DNA of 64,000 nucleotides from IMG/VR virus record IMGVR_UViG_3300025085_002722, positions 1-64,000 of that record; one strand, written 5' to 3'. Within the stretch, counting starts at the first letter, position 1, and the number at the start of each line of letters is the position of its first letter. Under the pieces are notes generated by a model, which saw only the letters and a program-made list of their open reading frames with translations, had not been told where the DNA came from and ran no database searches. The translations under genes and the position numbers were made by a program. Source of the stretch: a virus. Positions 20,300 through 29,472 of the stretch are shown here, piece by piece.

Positions 20300-20532
20300 C
20301 TGTAGATCTAGCATTAATAATTGAGACTTGGGAATGTGTCAAGCCTTCTGTAAACGTTAAAGAACGTGACGAGGTTTGTGCAAACTTAGTTAGAGTTTTT
20401 GATGAACACGGAATGGTCGACTATGATGAGGTGGGTATTAATGAATGTGATAAACATTTACGCCAAGCCATAGAAGAATATTTTGAAGTGGACTATCAAG
20501 ACGATGACGAAGAAGAGGAAGACTGGGATTAG
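20296..20532 (+). CDS. Small acidic hypothetical protein
   Basis: 78 aa; ATGA-coupled to uvsX. Confidence 0.7.
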   Translation: MTVDLALIIETWECVKPSVNVKERDEVCANLVRVFDEHGMVDYDEVGINECDKHLRQAIEEYFEVDYQDDDEEEEDWD

Positions 20533-20534
20533 TA

Positions 20535-20993
20535 ATGGCAGGATGGTATAACAAAGTTTCAGATAATTTAAGTAACATTGTAGATGCAATAGACTACTTT
20601 GAAGCAGAGTTAGAAGAGGCAAAAAAAGAGTGTTATATTAGAGGTAATGTGGAACGTAATAGTGCCGCATTACCTGGCATTACTGAACACAGGTTCAATC
20701 AATTACAAGAAATAGAAGCAATACTAGAACACATAAACATTCAATTGCGTAAAACACGCAGTAAAGTATTTAGAAACTTTTTGGAAAGTTACAACAGACA
20801 ATTAACCTCTAGAGATGCAGACAAATATGTTGACGGCGATGATGAAGTAGTTACACTGACATCATTGGCAAATCAATTTGGTTTGTTGAGAAACAAGTAT
20901 CTCGGTATAATGAAAGGATTAGACACCAAACAATGGCAGATAGGACACATAGTGAAATTGAGGACAGCAGGTATGGAAGATATATCAATTTAG
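20535..20993 (+). CDS. uvsY: Recombination mediator UvsY-like
   Basis: Helical 152-aa protein with SRDADKYVDGD and KGLDTKQWQI; lies between uvsX and uvsW. Confidence 0.75.
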   Translation: MAGWYNKVSDNLSNIVDAIDYFEAELEEAKKECYIRGNVERNSAALPGITEHRFNQLQEIEAILEHINIQLRKTRSKVFRNFLESYNRQLTSRDADKYVDGDDEVVTLTSLANQFGLLRNKYLGIMKGLDTKQWQIGHIVKLRTAGMEDISI

Positions 20994-21844
20994 ATATATT
21001 AGATGACTTACTTGAATCAATACACGAACTCAAAAACGACGACAAATTTGTACTATCACTCGACGAGTCTGTTGAGCCTACACTCGAAGATGTACTAAAA
21101 TCATATCTTAAATGGCATCAAATAAAAGTAATACCTAATGCAAAAGGTAACAATGTCTTTGCAACATTACATCAATCACCAAGCAGATTAGTACTAGAAT
21201 CAGAAGTAAATATTTCGTTTTCATATTTTTATGATAACCTAGAAAAAGATATTGACGTCTCTGATATAAGAAAAAATATACTTTCATTAACAGGATATTT
21301 TGATATTACATTTCAATCTACTAACAATGGCAATGATATATTTACAGCAATAATGACTGCAAGAGAGTATTTTAGACATAATATGTTAGCACATAAGGAT
21401 TGTGTTATTACTGTTAATAACGCAGATATGAATACAATAAATGCATTGTCAAATACTAATTCTACAGGACTTGCTGTAGGATTTAAAGATAACAAAATTG
21501 ACATTGAAACTCTTAAAACACATTGTGAGGAATCAGCAGAATTTATCTCTTGTATTATTTTACCAGACGACACAGAAAATGTTAAAGAAGTATGCGACTT
21601 AGTTAAGGACTATAATATTATAACAATTAAAATTGCATCATACGAAGATTTTTTAAGAGGTAAAGAACTGTACAACAACGGTGTTGACATCATTGTGTTT
21701 GGACCTGTAGCAACTATAGAAAAGTTGCATTATTATTTGCCATATCATAAGCAAGACAACACAGGATATTCATTAGGATTTGGTACAGTATCGCAATCAG
21801 GTTACAACAGAAGAAGCATAGAAATTTGTAAAAGTATACTATGA
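20933..21844 (+). CDS. Degenerate glycine decarboxylase (GcvP)-like protein lacking the PLP-lysine motif
   Basis: Colinear similarity by eye to the GcvP C-terminal half: LTGYFDITFQ, AREYF..HKDCVI, KIDIETLK, VKEVCDLV, GVDII, GPVATIEKLHYYLPYH. Start uncertain. Confidence 0.55.
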   Translation: MADRTHSEIEDSRYGRYINLDILDDLLESIHELKNDDKFVLSLDESVEPTLEDVLKSYLKWHQIKVIPNAKGNNVFATLHQSPSRLVLESEVNISFSYFYDNLEKDIDVSDIRKNILSLTGYFDITFQSTNNGNDIFTAIMTAREYFRHNMLAHKDCVITVNNADMNTINALSNTNSTGLAVGFKDNKIDIETLKTHCEESAEFISCIILPDDTENVKEVCDLVKDYNIITIKIASYEDFLRGKELYNNGVDIIVFGPVATIEKLHYYLPYHKQDNTGYSLGFGTVSQSGYNRRSIEICKSIL

Positions 21845-21849
21845 ATAGA

Positions 21850-21877
21850 TTGACAACACACATATATAATGTATAAT
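21850..21877 (+). promoter_or_regulatory. sigma70-type promoter for uvsW
   Basis: TTGACA, 16 nt, TATAAT, then 7 nt to ATG 21885; no SD. Confidence 0.72.
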
Positions 21878-21884
21878 AAATTTT

Positions 21885-23348
21885 ATGGCTAGACAAACAA
21901 GATTAGAAATAAGAGATGAAGTAAACATCAAGTTTCATGACTTAGACGTAGCCACACGCAGAAAACTATCTGACACTTGCAAATACTTCTTGCCATATGC
22001 ATATCACATGCCGGCATACAAACTAGGTCGTTGGGACGGCTATGTGAGATTTTGTGATGTTGGTGGCAGAAGTTATTTGAATCTTTTAGACCAACTTATT
22101 CCTGTAGTAACTGAATTAGGTTACGAAGTTGTACTTGATGATAAAAGAGAAAAATGGGATTTTGGTTTTGATGAAGTAAAGCAAGATACATATGAAGAAT
22201 TTAGTTGGCCTAAGAAACACCCTGCAGAAGGATTACCAATTATACTTAGAGATTATCAAGTAGAAATAATTAACAAGTTTTTAGCCAACCCACAATGTAT
22301 ACAAGAGATTGCCACAGGTGCTGGTAAAACACTAGTAACAGCCGCACTAAGTCATCAATGCGAGAAGTATGGTAGAACAATAGTGATAGTGCCTAATAAG
22401 GACCTTGTAACGCAAACAGAAGCGGACTACAAGCATTTAGGACTAGATGTTGGTGTTTTCTACGGGGACAGAAAAGAATACAATAAAACGCACACAATTT
22501 GCACTTGGCAAAGTTTAGAAATATTACACAAAAAGTCTAAGGCCAAAGAAGCAGTAGATTTTGATATAGGTGAATTCATTGACGGTGTTGTGTGTATTAT
22601 GATTGACGAAGTACACAAAGCAAAAGCAGATGTACTAAAACAATTACTTAGTAGTGTGTTTTCTAATGTGCCAATTCGTTGGGGATTAACAGGAACAATA
22701 CCCAAAGACCAGCATGAAGCAGTTGCAATGACTAGCACAATTGGTCCTGTAATTGGTCAATTAAGTGCAAAAGAATTACAAGACAAAGGTGTACTATCTA
22801 ACTTAGAAGTAAATGTTTTACAGTTAGCAGATACGCATGTAGGCTTTAGTAACTATGCACAAGAACTAAAATGGATAACAACCAATCCTGAAAGAATAGA
22901 ATTTATAAGTCAACTAATAAACGGCATGACGGACAATGGAAATACATTAATTTTAGTAGACAGAATAAAAACAGGCGAGTTGTTAATAGAACAAAACCCA
23001 GACTGGGTCTTTGTAAGCGGTGGCATGAAGCAGTCAGAAAGAAAAGAAAACTATGACGAAGTCAGTGAAGCAGAAGGCAAAGTAATTGTTGCAACTTATG
23101 GTGTTGCGGCAGTTGGTATTAACATACCAAGGATATTTAATTTAGTACTTATTGAGCCTGGTAAAAGTTTTGTTAGAGTTATACAAAGTATTGGTAGGGG
23201 TATAAGAAAAGCCAAAGACAAAGACTTTGTGAATGTGTTTGATATTACTAGCACATTAAAATACAGTAAAAAACATTTAACAGAAAGAAAGAAATTTTAC
23301 AGAGAAGCAGAGTATCCGTTTAAGGTTACAAAAATAGAATATATTTAA
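21885..23348 (+). CDS. uvsW: SF2 DNA helicase UvsW
   Basis: WDG, LRDYQ, ATGAGKT, IDEVH, GLTGT, GINIPRI, QSIGRGIR. Confidence 0.93.
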   Translation: MARQTRLEIRDEVNIKFHDLDVATRRKLSDTCKYFLPYAYHMPAYKLGRWDGYVRFCDVGGRSYLNLLDQLIPVVTELGYEVVLDDKREKWDFGFDEVKQDTYEEFSWPKKHPAEGLPIILRDYQVEIINKFLANPQCIQEIATGAGKTLVTAALSHQCEKYGRTIVIVPNKDLVTQTEADYKHLGLDVGVFYGDRKEYNKTHTICTWQSLEILHKKSKAKEAVDFDIGEFIDGVVCIMIDEVHKAKADVLKQLLSSVFSNVPIRWGLTGTIPKDQHEAVAMTSTIGPVIGQLSAKELQDKGVLSNLEVNVLQLADTHVGFSNYAQELKWITTNPERIEFISQLINGMTDNGNTLILVDRIKTGELLIEQNPDWVFVSGGMKQSERKENYDEVSEAEGKVIVATYGVAAVGINIPRIFNLVLIEPGKSFVRVIQSIGRGIRKAKDKDFVNVFDITSTLKYSKKHLTERKKFYREAEYPFKVTKIEYI

Positions 23349-23355
23349 ATATAGA

Positions 23356-23383
23356 TTGACTTTTAAAATAAAGGTGCTATAAT
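23356..23383 (+). promoter_or_regulatory. sigma70-type promoter with extended -10
   Basis: TTGACT, 16 nt, TATAAT preceded by TGc; SD GGAG before ATG 23402. Confidence 0.7.
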
Positions 23384-23401
23384 TATGTTTACGGAGAAGA
23401 T

Positions 23402-23905
23402 ATGAATATACTAACAATTGAAAACGATGTCTATGATTTAGATAGTGTGCCTGATCAAATAAACGATCTCAGGTACTGCATATTAGACGTTAGCGACCCA
23501 GAATTTTATGACTACTATTGGCTAGAATTAATTTTTCTAGAAAGTTTTTATTCACCAGCAGTTGTTCTGAACATTGGCGGGCATGAAGTAAAAATGCCAA
23601 TGGATTGGAGTATAGCAATTTGCGATGACGACTATCACACAGAAATAGAGATTGTACCTCTTACAAGTTTAAATAATAGAGGATTTAAAACTCCTGTTTT
23701 TAATCCTATGAATAATAAGATACCAGAAATAGAAGAGGTATTTATTACAAATTATTACCAAGACATCAAATGGTTTTTTCCAAAGTTAAAGCCAGGGCAT
23801 TTATTAGTAACTCCTATAGAACAAAAGGCAGTTCCTAAAAGTGTATTATTTGTTAAAGAAGCAAATAAGATACCAGATGTAGTAGATTTAGCAGATGTAT
23901 TTTAA
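23402..23905 (+). CDS. Hypothetical protein
   Basis: 167 aa with promoter and SD. Confidence 0.72.
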   Translation: MNILTIENDVYDLDSVPDQINDLRYCILDVSDPEFYDYYWLELIFLESFYSPAVVLNIGGHEVKMPMDWSIAICDDDYHTEIEIVPLTSLNNRGFKTPVFNPMNNKIPEIEEVFITNYYQDIKWFFPKLKPGHLLVTPIEQKAVPKSVLFVKEANKIPDVVDLADVF

Positions 23906-23914
23906 GGAGAAATA

Positions 23915-24685
23915 ATGGCAAAAAGAAGATTTAGAATAGATAGCGGTTATTACGGTGGCGAAACGGTAATAGGCGAAGTTACCAATGAATTTGTAACAAA
24001 AACAATAGGTATGGATGAAGGTGAACTAGTTGATACAGTTTTATCATTTGATAACTGGGGTGGCGACGAAGAACTTGATGAAAATGCAGAGCATGATGAT
24101 CCTGAACAAATTCCTGCACCAAGAGAAGATTATTACATGTGGGAATGTGATGATATAGAACACATTAATAGTGCGTACGGTGATTCAGAATTAACAGTAT
24201 TCGAAGTTCCAGCAGACGGTGAAGACGACTATGCCTACGATAACGAAGTCGGTAGTTTTAGTCCTATTCATATGTATGGTAGAGAAGGCGGGTATTTTGG
24301 TAATGAAGAACCTGAACTTGTAAATGAAGATGATGACGAAGGTAACCATTATGTGCCAGTGTTAGCATTTCACAGTTGTGAGAAAGGAACTTTTGCCAGT
24401 TACTTTGTAGAAACAGACGGCGACGACTTTGATCAATACAAATTAGGCATGGGCATTGTGGAAACTAATGTGGGCGAATTCATTGATAGAGTGTACTATG
24501 ACAAGGTAGAACTTGACGCAGAATATGATCAAAATGATACTACCGGTAAAAGTTATCACGCAGAAGTTGGTTGGTTAAATAAGAAGTGGCACGACTCAGA
24601 AGACAAGTACAATGAACTCGATGAGGAGTACTTGCAAGATTTCGACGATAACGCCGAATGGGAACGTGAACAAAACGAGGAATAA
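23915..24685 (+). CDS. Highly acidic hypothetical protein
   Basis: 256 aa, D/E-rich; SD AAGGAG. Confidence 0.72.
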   Translation: MAKRRFRIDSGYYGGETVIGEVTNEFVTKTIGMDEGELVDTVLSFDNWGGDEELDENAEHDDPEQIPAPREDYYMWECDDIEHINSAYGDSELTVFEVPADGEDDYAYDNEVGSFSPIHMYGREGGYFGNEEPELVNEDDDEGNHYVPVLAFHSCEKGTFASYFVETDGDDFDQYKLGMGIVETNVGEFIDRVYYDKVELDAEYDQNDTTGKSYHAEVGWLNKKWHDSEDKYNELDEEYLQDFDDNAEWEREQNEE

Positions 24686-25462
24686 ATGAGAGTATTAATT
24701 TTTGGTTTGCCAGGTAGTGGTAAAACATACTTGGCAGAACGACTAGTTGAATATTTAGGCGACAAAGTTGCTTGGTTCAACGCAGATAAAGTCAGAGAAG
24801 AAGCAGACGATTGGGACTTCTCTGAAGAAGGTAGATTAAGACAGAATCAGCGAATGTTGTCTTTGTGTGAAAACGCAGAAGCAGAAGGCAAGATTGCAAT
24901 CGCAGATTTTGTTGCTCCTTTTGAAAAGGCAAGAAATAATTTTAGTGCTGACTATGAAATATTTGTAGACACAATAAAGGAAGGTAGGTTTGAAGACACT
25001 AATAAAGTATTTGAAAGACCTTATGTGTCAGACTACAATGTACACGAACAACGTGGCGATGTAGATGCTAAAATAATTGCTTATGAAATTGGACAAAGAT
25101 TTATATGGGACAACCAAGCACCCACAACACAAATGCTTGGAAGATTTCAACCTTGGCATCCTGGGCACCAAGCATTGTTCGACAGAGCATTAGCAAAACA
25201 CGGACAGGTGTTTTTGATGGTTAGAGATATGCCAACAGATGAAAAGAATCCTTTTCCAGCATATGAAGTTATAGAAAACTTACAACAGAGTTTATATAAA
25301 TTTGCTGGCAAGGTAAAAATACAAGTTGTACCTAACTTGTTAAACATAACGTATGGTAGAGATGTTGGATATAAAATTGAGCAAGAAGTTTTTGACGATG
25401 CTATACACGATATCAGTGCTACTAAAATACGTGAACAAATGAGAGAAGAAGGAAAACTGTAA
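24686..25462 (+). CDS. APS-kinase-like P-loop domain fused to an HxGH nucleotidyltransferase
   Basis: N-terminal GLPGSGKT, NADKVR, FSEEGRLRQ and DFVAP; C-terminal GRFQPWHPGH, NPF and ISATKIR. Confidence 0.8.
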   Translation: MRVLIFGLPGSGKTYLAERLVEYLGDKVAWFNADKVREEADDWDFSEEGRLRQNQRMLSLCENAEAEGKIAIADFVAPFEKARNNFSADYEIFVDTIKEGRFEDTNKVFERPYVSDYNVHEQRGDVDAKIIAYEIGQRFIWDNQAPTTQMLGRFQPWHPGHQALFDRALAKHGQVFLMVRDMPTDEKNPFPAYEVIENLQQSLYKFAGKVKIQVVPNLLNITYGRDVGYKIEQEVFDDAIHDISATKIREQMREEGKL

Positions 25463-25785
25463 TGGCAGACGACCACGGTATGGCAACAGCATATCACTTA
25501 ATGAGAAAAATTACGCAATGGCACCATGATCGAAATCTTATTGATGGTGCAACAGACAAAGATCAATTAGCAAAACTCATACAAGAAATGGGCGAACTAA
25601 GTGACAATATTTGTAAAGGTAAAGACGTTGCAGACGACATTGGTGATATGATTGTTGTATTAATAAACATAGCAGAAAGGAACGGCCTTACTATAGAGGA
25701 CTGTTTAGAACAAGCATGGAATGATATCAAAGACCGTAAAGGTAAAATGGTAGATGGTATCTTTGTTAAAGAAGGAGATTTATGA
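25462..25785 (+). CDS. MazG-like NTP pyrophosphohydrolase
   Basis: KLIQEMGEL..DDIGDMIVVL..AWNDIKDRKG. Confidence 0.85.
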   Translation: MADDHGMATAYHLMRKITQWHHDRNLIDGATDKDQLAKLIQEMGELSDNICKGKDVADDIGDMIVVLINIAERNGLTIEDCLEQAWNDIKDRKGKMVDGIFVKEGDL

Positions 25786-26873
25786 GTTACGAATTTACAA
25801 GCGAAAGTGTCAGCATAGGACACCCAGACAAAATAGCAGACTTAATATCAGATGCTGTAGCAACATATTTGATAAATGGCAAACAAACACATAGAGCGGC
25901 TGTAGAAACATTAGTGACAACTAATATGGTTACACTAGCAGGTGAATACAAAAGCGATATGTTTGACAAGGCAGAGATTGAAAAAATTGTTAGAGACGTT
26001 GTTAGAGGTATTGGGTACGAACAAGAAGGCTTTCACTGGAAACATCTAAAAGTATATAATGAACTACACGGGCAGTCCCCAGATATTGCATTAGGTACAG
26101 ATGATTTTGGTGCAGGTGATCAAGGACTTATGTTTGGATATGCTTGTAATGAAACTCCTAATTATATGCCAAGTGCTATTCATTACAGTCACAAAATTCT
26201 AAAAAGACTTCAAGTAGAAAGAGAAGGCGGTGAAGACTGGATTGGACCAGATAGTAAAGCACAGGTAACAATGGCGTATGACAATGTAAATACACCAACA
26301 GGTATTACAAAAATTGTATGCAGTACGCAACATAATGATGATGTAAGTATTCAAATGGTACGTGATAGAGTTGAGCAAATTATTAGAGATGAAATCACAG
26401 ATCAAGATTTAAGTAATACAGAATTCTTAATCAATCCAACTGGTAGATTTGTTATCGGTGGACCAGATGGAGATACTGGACTTACTGGAAGAAAAATTAT
26501 CGTTGATACTTATGGCGGTTATGCTCCACATGGAGGTGGTGCTTTTTCAGGTAAAGACTGTACTAAAGTTGACAGAAGTGCGGCCTACATGGCACGTTAC
26601 TTGGCAAAGAATATTGTAGCAAGTGGTAAGGCAAATAATGCCACAGTACAATTAAGTTATGCAATTGGTGTAGTAGAACCAACTAGTTTGTATGTGTATG
26701 CAGACGGACAAGTAAGAACAGACTTAGTAGATTGGATTACAGAAAATGTTGATCTAACACCAAAAGGTATTATTGATAAATTTAATTTGTTTAGTTTAGA
26801 TTTAACTACAACCACATTATATGGGCACTTCGGAAAAGACAATCTTCCGTGGGAACAAATTGATTTATTTTAA
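25782..26873 (+). CDS. metK: S-adenosylmethionine synthetase
   Basis: FTSESVSIGHPDK, GAGDQGLMFGYA, DTGLTGRKIIVDTYGG, GGGAFSGKD, YGHFG. Confidence 0.97.
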   Translation: MSYEFTSESVSIGHPDKIADLISDAVATYLINGKQTHRAAVETLVTTNMVTLAGEYKSDMFDKAEIEKIVRDVVRGIGYEQEGFHWKHLKVYNELHGQSPDIALGTDDFGAGDQGLMFGYACNETPNYMPSAIHYSHKILKRLQVEREGGEDWIGPDSKAQVTMAYDNVNTPTGITKIVCSTQHNDDVSIQMVRDRVEQIIRDEITDQDLSNTEFLINPTGRFVIGGPDGDTGLTGRKIIVDTYGGYAPHGGGAFSGKDCTKVDRSAAYMARYLAKNIVASGKANNATVQLSYAIGVVEPTSLYVYADGQVRTDLVDWITENVDLTPKGIIDKFNLFSLDLTTTTLYGHFGKDNLPWEQIDLF

Positions 26874-27421
26874 TGAAAGAATTTTGGCAAGACCTAAAAC
26901 AAGCAATTAGGACTGTACCTGATTTTCCTATTCCAGGAATACAATTTAGGGACATTACTAGTCTAATTGAAAACCCTTTAGCATTTAATAAGGCATTAGT
27001 TGACCTAACCAATGTTGCATTTCAAGGTACAAAAATTATTGGTATAGAAAGCAGAGGATTTGTGTTTGGAGCACCGTTGGCAAGAGATATGGATGTTCCT
27101 TTTATTATGGCTCGTAAGCCAGGTAAGTTACCAAACGAAACCTATAAAAAAGAATACCAACTAGAGTATGGCACAGCAACATTAGAGATACAAAAAAATA
27201 CAGAAATATTACCAGATGACAAAGTTGTGATTGTTGACGACTTAATTGCAACAGGTGGCACAGCACTTGCCTGTGCAGAATTAGTACATGCAAATTGGAA
27301 TGTGCCTAAAGAAAATATTTTAGTTGTGGCTGTAATAAACTTGACAGACTTAGGCGGCTCTGCTAAAATAGTTGCTGAAGGGTATAAAGTTAGAACCCTA
27401 ATTGAATACGAGGGCGAGTAA
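26873..27421 (+). CDS. apt: Adenine phosphoribosyltransferase
   Basis: PDFPIPGIQFRDIT, IESRGF, RKPGKLP, YQLEYG, VDDLIATGGT. Confidence 0.96.
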   Translation: MKEFWQDLKQAIRTVPDFPIPGIQFRDITSLIENPLAFNKALVDLTNVAFQGTKIIGIESRGFVFGAPLARDMDVPFIMARKPGKLPNETYKKEYQLEYGTATLEIQKNTEILPDDKVVIVDDLIATGGTALACAELVHANWNVPKENILVVAVINLTDLGGSAKIVAEGYKVRTLIEYEGE

Positions 27422-27885
27422 TGGCAAAAAAGCCTCTGCTACAAATTAAAGATATCATGGCGGCAGTAGATCGCAAAGACTACAACTACTATGCAAACCT
27501 ATCAGACGAGCAACGCAAGAGCATGAATTTGTGGATGACGCAAAGATATGCTAGTAGTGTACAAGGAAAATTTGCTGGTCATTATCTTGTAATGATAAAC
27601 GAGTTTATGAATACTAATTGGAGTGACATTAGTAAACACCCTGAACTGCAATGGAAACTAATGTGTTTAGCAGGTGTTGGCAAAAGTCAATTTCACCCTT
27701 TTGTAAAAGTGCCTAAAGCAAAACGTAAAAAAGATAAAGTTGAAGAACTAATTAGAGAAATATTTCCGTTAGCAAAGAGCGATGAAGTAGAGTTATTGCT
27801 AAGTATTAACACTAAAGAAGATTTAAAAGTATTAGCAGAAATCAATGGTATCGATGACAAAGAAATAAAGGAAATATTTAAGTGA
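27421..27885 (+). CDS. Putative clamp-loader small subunit (gp62-like)
   Basis: WMTQRYAS..INEFMN..HPELQWKL..QFHPFVK has a pattern similar to gp62-family proteins; weak. Confidence 0.45.
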   Translation: MAKKPLLQIKDIMAAVDRKDYNYYANLSDEQRKSMNLWMTQRYASSVQGKFAGHYLVMINEFMNTNWSDISKHPELQWKLMCLAGVGKSQFHPFVKVPKAKRKKDKVEELIREIFPLAKSDEVELLLSINTKEDLKVLAEINGIDDKEIKEIFK

Positions 27886-28556
27886 GTTTAACTTGCACAT
27901 ATTGTAAAAAGACATTTATGAGTGAAAGAACTCTAAGTGCTCATATGTGCCCACAAAAAAGAAGGCACACAGATAAAGATTTAACTCATGTAAGATTAGC
28001 ATTCAGAACTTATCAAAAATTTTATGAAATAAACATGCATAATGCAAAGACAAAAACGTATGATGAATTTGCTGAAAGCAAATACTACACAGGTTTTGTA
28101 AAGTTTGGAAGAAAGATGGTTAAAGAAGATTTACTAGAGCCAAATAATTATGCAGAATGGTTAATTAGAGAAAGTGTTAAATTAGCAGACTGGACAAAAG
28201 ATGCAACATATGACGTTTACTTAAAAGAATTAATTAAAAAAGAACCTGCACAACGAGGCATAGAAAGAAGTGTTAAATGTATGCAGGCATGGGGAGAAGA
28301 GAAAAGTGAAGACTGGGCAGATTATTTTAGAAAAGTAGCACCACAACTAGCAGTCTATCACATAAGGGGTGGTAAAATTTCTCCATGGTTTTTATTCCTA
28401 AGCGAGAGCGGACAAGAACTATGGGGAAAGTTTAACAGTGAACAAGTTGAACTTATAAAGGATATTGCTGATCCAGGATTTTGGAAAAGAATATTTTTAA
28501 AAAACACAGAAGAAGTTAATCTAGTACAAGACATAGCGGAGGCGTCAGGATTATGA
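27882..28556 (+). CDS. Zinc-finger-containing hypothetical protein
   Basis: N-terminal CTYCKKTF..ERTLSAHMC. Confidence 0.7.
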   Translation: MSLTCTYCKKTFMSERTLSAHMCPQKRRHTDKDLTHVRLAFRTYQKFYEINMHNAKTKTYDEFAESKYYTGFVKFGRKMVKEDLLEPNNYAEWLIRESVKLADWTKDATYDVYLKELIKKEPAQRGIERSVKCMQAWGEEKSEDWADYFRKVAPQLAVYHIRGGKISPWFLFLSESGQELWGKFNSEQVELIKDIADPGFWKRIFLKNTEEVNLVQDIAEASGL

Positions 28557-29224
28557 ACGTAAAAATAGTAAGTCACAGCCAAGCACCATATAATGATGCT
28601 TTGCACAAACATTCAGCATTAGACTTAATAGCCTATTGCGCCAGGGTAAGTAACCCAAACAATCAAAATAATATAGAAACAAATGAAAAACTTGTGAAGT
28701 ATTTGATGAAACACAAACATTGGTCACCACTTGAAATGGTGTCAGCATGTTTGGAGATTGAAACAACCAGAGACATTGCACGTCAAATACTAAGGCACAG
28801 AAGTTTTAGTTTCCAAGAGTTTAGTCAACGTTATGCTGACCCTACACAGGATTTAAGTTTTGAAATCCGTGAGGCTAGATTACAAGATCTTAAAAATAGG
28901 CAGAACAGTATTAAAACAGATAACGAAGAGTTAGAATTAGAATGGAGACAAAAACAAGAGGATCTAATCAAACAAGCAACAGACACATATACTTGGGCAA
29001 TAGAAAACGGTATTGCTAAAGAACAAGCAAGGGCAGTATTACCAGAAGGTAATACAATGAGTAGAATGTATGTTAACGGTACGTTGCGTAGTTGGATTCA
29101 CTACATTGAATTACGTGGTGCTAATGGTACACAGCAAGAGCACATTGACATTGCTCATGCAGTAGCAGATGTGATAGCAAACATATTTCCACTTGCAGAA
29201 GAATTTAAAGGTAAAGAGATATGA
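28553..29224 (+). CDS. thyX: Flavin-dependent thymidylate synthase
   Basis: HWSPLE, RHRSFSFQEFSQRY, KEQARAVLP, TQQEH. Confidence 0.96.
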   Translation: MNVKIVSHSQAPYNDALHKHSALDLIAYCARVSNPNNQNNIETNEKLVKYLMKHKHWSPLEMVSACLEIETTRDIARQILRHRSFSFQEFSQRYADPTQDLSFEIREARLQDLKNRQNSIKTDNEELELEWRQKQEDLIKQATDTYTWAIENGIAKEQARAVLPEGNTMSRMYVNGTLRSWIHYIELRGANGTQQEHIDIAHAVADVIANIFPLAEEFKGKEI

Positions 29225-29472
29225 AAAAACGAGAAGAAATGTTAGTAATCACAATGGAGGAATGTGCAGAACTTATTCAGGCATGTAGCAAAATGATAAG
29301 ATTTGACGAACCGTGTGATTATAAACAATTACAAGATGAGATCGGCGATGTCATGTGTATGATAGATATACTCAAAAATGGCGGCCTTGTTACTGATGAA
29401 CAAATACAAAAACGTATGGCAGTTAAAAAAGAAAAACTAATGAAGTGGAGTTTATTGTTCAGTGAAGATTGA
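29221..29472 (+). CDS. Small MazG-like protein
   Basis: EECAELIQA..K...LQDEIGDV. Confidence 0.75.
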   Translation: MKKREEMLVITMEECAELIQACSKMIRFDEPCDYKQLQDEIGDVMCMIDILKNGGLVTDEQIQKRMAVKKEKLMKWSLLFSED

